From NCBI GenBank assembly GCA_963812675.1, contig CAWEWR010000006.1, forward strand, positions 284,723 to 348,722: DNA of 64,000 nucleotides. Reading direction: 5' to 3'. The notes under the pieces were generated by a model that did no database searches, was not told the origin of the DNA, and worked only from the letters and a program-made list of their open reading frames with translations. Source of the DNA: an uncultured Alphaproteobacteria bacterium (GTDB lineage: Bacteria; Pseudomonadota; Alphaproteobacteria; ATCC43930; CGMCC-115725). A program made the position numbers and the translations under genes. Below, one piece after another: positions 57,604 through 64,000 of this stretch (its first letter is position 1; every line of letters begins with the position of its first letter).

Positions 57604-57680
57604 CGGAGTGTAGCTCAGCCTGGTAGAGCACTGCTTTCGGGAGGCAGGGGCCGGAGGTTCAAATCCTCTCACTCCGACCA
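57604..57680 (+). tRNA. tRNA-Pro (anticodon CGG), CCA-encoded
   Basis: Cloverleaf folded by hand: acceptor CGGAGTG/CACTCCG, D arm GCTC/GAGC, anticodon stem CTGCT/GGCAG with loop TTCGGGA, T arm GGAGG-TTCAAAT-CCTCT, discriminator A, CCA. Confidence 0.9.
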
Positions 57681-57729
57681 GTATTTTTCTCCCGGCAAAC
57701 CCCACGGCATCGGCGAGTAGGAGTAGGCT

Positions 57730-57996
57730 GTGGTTGCGGTCATCGACGGGAAGGAAGAGGCGGGCGGCGCCCGGTACATCGAGTTCAAAGTCTGCCTGAG
57801 CCCGGCCGATCCCGATCGTGCGCTCGGCAGCTGGCGCTTTCCCGAAAGCGGAAGGGCAATCGATCACAGCAAGCTCGGCAACACGATAGAGGCAGATTTT
57901 CGGTTCGCGGTGGACTGCGCCGATCAGCACGGCATCCCGTTCGTGTGGGTCAACGATCCCGACGAGTTGTTTCCGCCTTGGACCCGCCCGAGATAG
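57730..57996 (+). CDS. hypothetical protein
   Basis: GTG start 9 nt after AGGAG. 88 aa with no recognisable motif. Confidence 0.4.
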   Translation: MVAVIDGKEEAGGARYIEFKVCLSPADPDRALGSWRFPESGRAIDHSKLGNTIEADFRFAVDCADQHGIPFVWVNDPDELFPPWTRPR

Positions 57997-58016
57997 GCCG
58001 GTCCGCGCGCAACAGC

Positions 58017-59717
58017 TCAATGAGTTTCGAAGACCGCTTGATATAGGGCGACCTTCTCGCCAATGGCGGCGGCTTCTGTCGAGGTGGGATGATCCGGGTC
58101 GGCCGCCGGCGGCAGGCTGCCGAACTTCATCAGGCAGGCCATCAAGAGCAGCCGGGCCTTTGTCGCGGTCAGGTTCGAGCCGCCGATGAAGCACGGATCG
58201 TGCAATGGCACAAAGCCCTCGGTATTGCCGCGCCCGACGCGGACGACCGGAAGCCCGCTGTGCACGGCTCGCAGCATCAGCCGGTGCCGGGCGGTCGAGG
58301 CTGGCCGGCCGTAAGGGGTGAATCCCTCTACGACAAAGCCGGCGAGCGGCGCCGATCTCAGCATGTGTCCGATCATCGCGATTAGATCGACTTCCGCCTC
58401 GGGATCGACCGTGCTGTCGTCGTCCCAATAGCTGGCGTCCTTAGCGATCGCCACCTTGGGGATCACCGTGTCGAGCAACGCCCCGTCCGGCGCTTTGATT
58501 GCGACCGGAACGGTTGCGATGCGCGAGCCTTCGCGGCGTACGCCGGTAACCTGCAACGGTAGCGAGGTGAGGTTTACCTCGGACCGCCACGTGTGGCGCG
58601 CGGTCGGCAGATAATGAAGAAGCGGCGGGCCGTCATGGCCGGCTGCGCCGAGGATCCCGCCGTGACCGCCGGTCGCCACATAGCCGCCCGGCCGCGCATC
58701 GACCTTCTGGACGGCGCGCGCGGCAAAGACCCGCTGCTCCTGGATCAGAACCGCGCCGGCCTGGTTGCGGCCCTCATCGTCCTGCCAGACCCGCGAGGCG
58801 ATGTATTCGACGGAATCGACGATGTTCTTCGGCCCGTCATTGCTGACCATGCCGTGCGGCCGCTGAGCGGCGTTGCCGCAAATCGGCACGGTCGTGTCGA
58901 TCAAGAGGTTGAGCCAGTAGATCGTCTCCTCGATCCGGGGGCTGCCCTCGGTCCAGATCGCGCCGTCGTATTTGCCGCTTGCGAGGATCTGTTGGACGGC
59001 GTTGGTCGCCCGCGCCAGCGCAGAACGCGGCGCCGAGGCGGCGAGGTGAGGGGGCTTGTAGGGGAAGAAATCGACGCCGCGCCGCTCGGGCGGAATGTCG
59101 CCCGCGCCCGTATCGGTGCGGCGGTCGGCCGACAAGCCCTTCGTGTAGCCCGACGGCGGCAGGACGCGATAGAAGTCGATCTCGGTCTTGCCGGAAATCA
59201 GGTTTCCGGCGCCGTGCTCGCCGATCTGCAGCCGGTCGATCTCCTCGAAGCTGCGCGAGCCGTCGGGGAAGAAGCCTTGCCGTGCCTTGGGTTCGGGAGC
59301 ATTGGGAAAGGCGCATTCCTCCTCCCATGGCAAACCGTCCGCCTGCAGCGCCATATAGGGCAGGGGGTAGAGCCCGTCTTCCGGACGCAGCTCGACTTCG
59401 TAGACCGGCTTGTCGTCGGCGCTCTGCCGCTCCCGGTGCACTTGCCCGGCGCTGCCGATGTAGCCGTCCGGAGGGCCGTAAAGCTCGGCCGCGTCGGCTT
59501 CGAGCGGATGCGCGCTGAACTGCTCGACATACACGGTGACCGGCGCTGCCAGGCGCTGCGCGCGCAAGACATCGAACCGCGCCGGGCTCCCGTCCGGGTT
59601 CATCAGAGGACGGAGCTGGTGCTTCGCCCTCGCCTTGTTGGAGGTGACCAGAGGCGGGGTATTCTGGATCGTGGCATTGGGGCCGGCCAAATGCGCGATC
59701 CGCGCCTTTCGTGTCAT
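58017..59717 (-). CDS. asparaginase-domain-containing protein (tentative)
   Basis: N-terminal IAHLAGPNATI, then DGAIWTEGSPRIEETIYWLNLLIDTTVPICGNAAQRP. These parallel the asparaginase TGGTI and HGTDTLEETA...PVV.TGA.RP motifs. Confidence 0.55.
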   Translation of the reverse strand: MTRKARIAHLAGPNATIQNTPPLVTSNKARAKHQLRPLMNPDGSPARFDVLRAQRLAAPVTVYVEQFSAHPLEADAAELYGPPDGYIGSAGQVHRERQSADDKPVYEVELRPEDGLYPLPYMALQADGLPWEEECAFPNAPEPKARQGFFPDGSRSFEEIDRLQIGEHGAGNLISGKTEIDFYRVLPPSGYTKGLSADRRTDTGAGDIPPERRGVDFFPYKPPHLAASAPRSALARATNAVQQILASGKYDGAIWTEGSPRIEETIYWLNLLIDTTVPICGNAAQRPHGMVSNDGPKNIVDSVEYIASRVWQDDEGRNQAGAVLIQEQRVFAARAVQKVDARPGGYVATGGHGGILGAAGHDGPPLLHYLPTARHTWRSEVNLTSLPLQVTGVRREGSRIATVPVAIKAPDGALLDTVIPKVAIAKDASYWDDDSTVDPEAEVDLIAMIGHMLRSAPLAGFVVEGFTPYGRPASTARHRLMLRAVHSGLPVVRVGRGNTEGFVPLHDPCFIGGSNLTATKARLLLMACLMKFGSLPPAADPDHPTSTEAAAIGEKVALYQAVFETH

Positions 59718-59733
59718 CGGTCGATCTCCCCGA

Positions 59734-60738
59734 TCAGCCGGCCGGCGTCGGCGCGTGCGGGTGAAGCAGCCCGGCGTCGCGAAGATCGGCCCACAGCGCG
59801 GCCGGTATCGGATAGCGCAGGAGCCTCACATTGGCGTGGAACTCTTCGACGTTGCGCGGACCCGGAATGACCGCCGCCACCGCCGGATGCGCGAGGGGGA
59901 ACTGCAACGCCGCGGCCGCCAAGGGCACCCGATGGTTGTCGCAGACCGCCTGGATGGCATTGACCCGGGCGACGATCTCGGGCGGCGCCGTCTTGTAGTT
60001 CCAGGTGTCGCGGCCGGCGAGGATGCCGGAGTTCAGCGGGCCGCCGACCACAATCGATGTTCCGGCCTTCTCGCATCTCGGCAGCAGATCATCGAGCGGC
60101 GCCTGTTCGAGCAGGGTATACCGGCCGGCCAGCAGGAACGCGTCCCAGTCGCCCCACTCCATGGCCTCTAGCAAGACCTCCCGCTCGTTGACGCCGATGC
60201 CGATCGCTCGCACCGTGCCGGCGGCTCGAAGTTTTTCGAGAGCGCGATAGCCGCCGTCGCGCAAGGTGCGCATCAGCTGGGGATGAGCCGCGCCATGCTG
60301 CATGGCGCCGATGTCGTGCACGTAGAGAATGTCTATCCTCGCCAGCCCTAGCCGCTGCAGGCTGTCCTCGAAAGAACGCATGACCCCGTCATAGGGATAG
60401 TCGTAGACCGGGTCGAACGGCAGCGGATGGCGGCGTTCAGTGTCCTCGGCCACGGCCGCGCGAGGGCGAAGCAGGCGCCCGACCTTTGTCGACAGCACCC
60501 ATTCGTCGCGCGGGACCCAGCGCATCGCATCGCCGACGCAACGCTCAGCCTGGCCAACGCCGTAATACGGGGCGGTGTCGATATAGGATACCCCCGAGGC
60601 CCAAGCGGCCTCGACGATGGCTTCGGCCTCTTGCCGGGAGACCGCGACGCGGCTGCCGCCGAGGGTCGCGCAGCCGAGACCCAGCTCCGTCACTTCAACC
60701 GCAGTCCGTCCGATCCTTCGCTTCCCGAAACCGGGCAT
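59734..60738 (-). CDS. aldo/keto reductase
   Basis: GLGCATLGG..., YIDTAPYYG, and the VHD and GRY contexts typical of AKR11/12-type enzymes. Confidence 0.9.
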   Translation of the reverse strand: MPGFGKRRIGRTAVEVTELGLGCATLGGSRVAVSRQEAEAIVEAAWASGVSYIDTAPYYGVGQAERCVGDAMRWVPRDEWVLSTKVGRLLRPRAAVAEDTERRHPLPFDPVYDYPYDGVMRSFEDSLQRLGLARIDILYVHDIGAMQHGAAHPQLMRTLRDGGYRALEKLRAAGTVRAIGIGVNEREVLLEAMEWGDWDAFLLAGRYTLLEQAPLDDLLPRCEKAGTSIVVGGPLNSGILAGRDTWNYKTAPPEIVARVNAIQAVCDNHRVPLAAAALQFPLAHPAVAAVIPGPRNVEEFHANVRLLRYPIPAALWADLRDAGLLHPHAPTPAG

Positions 60739-60886
60739 CGCGCTCGCTCCTGCTGTCGATTCAGATTGCTTCGTGGGCTATGGGGAACGTGACCGCTTGC
60801 GCCCCAGACTGCCGCACCTCGCCGTTGACGAAGTTGCGCGTTGGGGAATAGCCGTCAGCTTTATCATCGCGAGCACAGAGAAAAGC

Positions 60887-61123
60887 TCAGGCCCCTAGTT
60901 CCGCCACGGGGTCGCTGCCGAAAAGCCATTCTTCGCTGATCGTGCCGTCGCCGTTGTCTACCGTCACTTTAGCGGGCTCGTCGGATTCGGCCAAGCGAAC
61001 GGCCTCAGCGATCGCCTCCTCGCGGCCCGGAAATCCGCTCCGTGGGTGATCTTCCCCCTCCTTCGTCACTGTCCAACCCTGCGCGGTCGGATGAACCCGA
61101 TAAACGTGGCGTCCCAACATCAT
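60887..61123 (-). CDS. DUF2188 domain protein
   Basis: Small protein with W.V.KEG......F..REEAIAEAVRLA....A.V.V.N.DG.I pattern. Confidence 0.55.
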   Translation of the reverse strand: MMLGRHVYRVHPTAQGWTVTKEGEDHPRSGFPGREEAIAEAVRLAESDEPAKVTVDNGDGTISEEWLFGSDPVAELGA

Positions 61124-61410
61124 CGATCTCCTTGCGGTTGCGCCAATCGACCCGCGAACAAACCAGTCTGCCCGGCGTGTTCCGGTGGGCGGAATGGGTC
61201 TATAGCCCGACCAAAAAAACCGGTGTCGACGCTAGCCGACACCGGTAAGGTTGCGGGTGGCAAACCCGCGACAGGGAGACTTTGCCAAGCCGGACTGCGA
61301 ATATGAGGCGAGTGTCCGGCACCTCGCCTAGCGCGCTAACTCGCTGTCCAGAAAAAGGTTCCAGGTGATGAAAGTTAAATCGTTATGTCGCGTCACGAGG
61401 TTTTCCGGGA

Positions 61411-62064
61411 CTACGCCGGGCGTGCCATATGCGCCGGCTTGGCCACGCCGGGGTGCGGCCGTCGCCGCGGCAGACCCGCGCTCGTGGCGGTGACATGCGA
61501 ACGCAGAGCGGGTGGGCGCGGATGCCGGGGCAAGACGCAGCGAGGCTTCGATTCGCTCACGGCCGCCTCGGTCTTCTCGTCTGGCACCGCACCGGTGAGC
61601 CTGCGCAGGGCTTCCCTGCCGCGCGACAATCGCGAGCGGATCGTCCCGACTGGCACATCCAAAACCGCGGCAACCTCCTCGTAGCGCATTCCCTCCAAAC
61701 CGACGAGCAAGATGACCGAGCGTTGCTCCTCCGGTAGCTGGGCGATTGCGCGCTCCAGATCGCGCAGTTCGAGCCGCTTGCCCTGCTGCGGTGCGCGGCT
61801 CAGCATCGGCTCGGTTTCGTTCAACCTTACCGCGCCGCCTTCCCGTACGGCACGCCTGATGTGATTAACGTATTGATTATGCAAGATTGTAAACAGCCAG
61901 GCGCGAAGATCGGATCCCTCTTGCCAAAGATGCAACTTGCCAAGCGCGCGGGTCAGGCAGTCCTGGACGAGATCGTCGGCGCTGACAGTGTCGCGCGTCA
62001 GTGCCCGTGCGTAACGCCGCAGCCGCGGAATTTCGGCTTCGATGTCATGGAAAGTGTCAACCAC
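61411..62064 (-). CDS. ECF-type RNA polymerase sigma factor
   Basis: GTG 62064 is 5 nt after GGAGGAG. Region 2 DLVQDCLTRAL...WLFTILHN and region 4 MRYEEVAAVLDVPVGTIRSRLSRGREAL. Unusual C-terminal tail of about 55 aa. Confidence 0.75.
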   Translation of the reverse strand: MVDTFHDIEAEIPRLRRYARALTRDTVSADDLVQDCLTRALGKLHLWQEGSDLRAWLFTILHNQYVNHIRRAVREGGAVRLNETEPMLSRAPQQGKRLELRDLERAIAQLPEEQRSVILLVGLEGMRYEEVAAVLDVPVGTIRSRLSRGREALRRLTGAVPDEKTEAAVSESKPRCVLPRHPRPPALRSHVTATSAGLPRRRPHPGVAKPAHMARPA

Positions 62065-62284
62065 AGGTGCTCCTCCGGCATTCACGATCGGCTCGACAGC
62101 CGATCCGGCGCGACCGAATGTAGGTGGCAGGGCGTAATCCGATGATGTCACGGGAACCGGTTTTCTGTAAGATTTTGTAACTATATGTATGCATGTATGC
62201 GGTTCAGAATGTGACCCCGGTTCCCCAACCGCACGGTTGTCGGCGGGGTCGAACCATGTCGAGAGGTAATGGAAGCTCGCCGGC

Positions 62285-63007
62285 ATGACTGATAACGGTC
62301 ACATCCTAATTGTCGACGATCAGCGCGAAATCTGCGACCTCGTCCAGGAATATCTGTCCGGTGAGGGTTACCGGGTTTCAACCGCTCAGGACGGCGCAGA
62401 GATGCGAAGGGTGATGGCGCAATCTCCGGTCGATCTCGTCATCCTGGATCTGATGCTGCCCGGTGAGGACGGACTTACTTTGGCCCGCTCGCTGCGTCAG
62501 GAATCGAGCGTCGGGATCATCATTTTGACCGGGCGGGGCGAGATCGTCGACCGCATCATCGGTCTCGAGATGGGGGCCGACGACTATCTGCCAAAGCCGT
62601 TCCATTTGCGCGAGCTGCTGGCACGAGTCAAAAGCGTGCTCCGCCGTGCTTCGTCGCGCAATACCGAGAGGCAGACGGCCCCGGCACGCTCAAAGGCGCG
62701 ATTTGCCGGCTGGAACCTCGATCTATCGAGCCGCGAGCTCTATTCGCCTTCGGGCAAGGAGGTCAGGCTCACCACCGGAGAGTTCGATCTGCTCGCAGCG
62801 TTTGTCAACAACGCTAATCAAGTGCTGACCCGGGATCGGCTTTTGGATCTTGCGCGCAATCGCGAGGCCGGACCTTTCGACCGGACGATCGATGTCCAGG
62901 TCGGGCGGCTCCGGCGCAAGCTGGAGGACGACCCGCAAAGGCCGATGATGATCAAGACGGTGCGCGGCACCGGTTATATTTTTACGCCGCCTGTCGAAGT
63001 GATCTAG
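62285..63007 (+). CDS. OmpR-family response regulator
   Basis: ILIVDDQ, DLVILDLMLPGEDG and KPF. Winged-helix C-terminus IKTVRGTGYIF. Confidence 0.9.
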   Translation: MTDNGHILIVDDQREICDLVQEYLSGEGYRVSTAQDGAEMRRVMAQSPVDLVILDLMLPGEDGLTLARSLRQESSVGIIILTGRGEIVDRIIGLEMGADDYLPKPFHLRELLARVKSVLRRASSRNTERQTAPARSKARFAGWNLDLSSRELYSPSGKEVRLTTGEFDLLAAFVNNANQVLTRDRLLDLARNREAGPFDRTIDVQVGRLRRKLEDDPQRPMMIKTVRGTGYIFTPPVEVI

Positions 63008-63011
63008 CCGA

Positions 63012-63707
63012 TCAGACGGTCAGATAGCTGCGCACCGCTGTTTCGTCCATTTCATCGCGTCGGCCGGACAACACTATCTCGCCGCGCTGCATGACGAGGT
63101 ATGAAGCGGCGAGGTCGCGGGCGAATTCAAAATACTGCTCGACCAAAAGGATCGCCATATCGCCGCGCTCGGCGAGGGCGCGGATCACCCGCTCGATCTG
63201 CTTGATGATCGAGGGTTGGATTCCTTCGGTCGGCTCGTCGAGGATCAGCAAACGAGGGCGGGTGACGAGGGCGCGTGCGATGGCCAACTGTTGCTGCTGA
63301 CCGCCCGACAGGTCGCCCCCGCGGCGGTGCAGCATTTCCCTCAATACCGGAAAAAGGGCGAAGATCTCGTCGGGGAGGTCGCGTTCGCTGCGCGGCAGCG
63401 GGGCGAAGCCGGTCGCGAGGTTCTCCAGCACCGTGAGCCGCGGAAAGATCTCGCGGCCTTGCGGCACCAGCGCCAGGCCCGTGCGGGCACGTTCATGCGG
63501 CGGAAATCCGTTGAGGAGACGGTCCTCCCAACAGATGCGGCCGGAGCGGATCGGCTGTAGCCCGCAGATCGCGCGCAGCAGGCTGGTCTTGCCGACGCCG
63601 TTGCGGCCGAGGATGCAGGTCACTTCGCCCTTCCGCGCGGTCAGGCTGACGCGGCGCAGCGTGTGGCTCGCGCCGTAATAGAGATCGACGGCTTCCACCG
63701 ACAGCAT
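63012..63707 (-). CDS. urtE: urea ABC transporter ATP-binding protein UrtE
   Basis: GRNGVGKTS, LSGGQQQQLAIARAL and LILDEPTEGIQPSII (UrtE-type signature). Confidence 0.8.
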   Translation of the reverse strand: MLSVEAVDLYYGASHTLRRVSLTARKGEVTCILGRNGVGKTSLLRAICGLQPIRSGRICWEDRLLNGFPPHERARTGLALVPQGREIFPRLTVLENLATGFAPLPRSERDLPDEIFALFPVLREMLHRRGGDLSGGQQQQLAIARALVTRPRLLILDEPTEGIQPSIIKQIERVIRALAERGDMAILLVEQYFEFARDLAASYLVMQRGEIVLSGRRDEMDETAVRSYLTV

Positions 63708-63710
63708 GGC

Positions 63711-64000
63711 TCAGCGGCCGAGATAGACTTCAATCACCCGGGGATTGTCCTGAACGTGATCGATCGAACCTTCCGCCAGGACAGATCCCTCATGCAGCAC
63801 GGTTACCCGCGCGCCGAGGCTGCGAACAAAAGCCATGTCGTGCTCGACGACGACGATCGTGCGGTCATTAGCGAGATCGAGGATCAATTCGGCGGTTTTT
63901 TCGGTCTCACGGTCGGTCATTCCGGCGACCGGCTCGTCGAGCAGCAACAACTTGCGGTCGTGGATCAACAGCATTCCGATTTCTAGCCATTGCTTTTGGC
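63711..64000 (-). CDS. urtD: urea ABC transporter ATP-binding protein UrtD (3' part; runs off the window)
   Basis: The frame is open to the window edge: ...KQWLEIGMLLIHDRKLLLLDEPVAGMTDRETEKTAELI...VVEHDM. Confidence 0.8.
   Translation of the reverse strand, partial: QKQWLEIGMLLIHDRKLLLLDEPVAGMTDRETEKTAELILDLANDRTIVVVEHDMAFVRSLGARVTVLHEGSVLAEGSIDHVQDNPRVIEVYLGR

Noticed and set aside
57349-58428. 359-aa minus-strand ORF spanning the tRNA-Pro gene and the iteron region.
   Set aside because: It runs antisense through a well-folded tRNA and through the 3' end of the asparaginase-like gene. The sequence is low-complexity and Arg/Pro-rich.
1-64000. CRISPR arrays, rRNA genes and IS transposases.
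   Set aside because: No regularly spaced short repeats, no rRNA-like sequence and no DDE or IS-type transposase ORFs were seen anywhere in the window.

Overview
High-GC (about 65%) chromosomal segment, by gene content and repeat types probably an alphaproteobacterium of the Hyphomicrobiales (Bradyrhizobium-like; this is inference only). Most of the window is ordinary metabolic and regulatory genes: rfbB, two amidohydrolase-2 paralogues, an S9 peptidase, LysR, ECF and OmpR regulators, putA, an MscS channel, an SDR, an AKR and urtDE. It also holds a type III PKS / ICMT methyltransferase / MFS operon and an orphan flp-tadE-tadG pilin cluster. The accessory part is a composite island of about 16.5 kb (about 41.05-57.6 kb) between putA and tRNA-Pro(CGG). 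The island contains a low-GC two-gene cassette, a truncated brnT with an intact brnA, three copies or fragments of a phage terminase-large-subunit-like gene, a DUF5681 gene, and a complete type I R-M operon (hsdM-hsdS-X-hsdR) with an embedded unknown gene. It also contains a tightly coupled three-gene module: an SMC/Rad50-like ABC ATPase, a soluble histidine kinase, and a receiver domain fused to a protein-kinase-like fold. I do not recognise this module as any named defence system, and it is my best candidate for a new system. Its last gene is interrupted by a single in-frame TGA. The window also shows marked gene decay: frameshifted GST and bicupin genes, and fragments of S9 peptidase, beta-lactamase-family and SDR genes. 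There are several REP/MITE-like palindromic repeats. No rRNA genes, CRISPR arrays, IS transposases or integrases were seen. All family assignments come from motifs read by eye, not from database searches.
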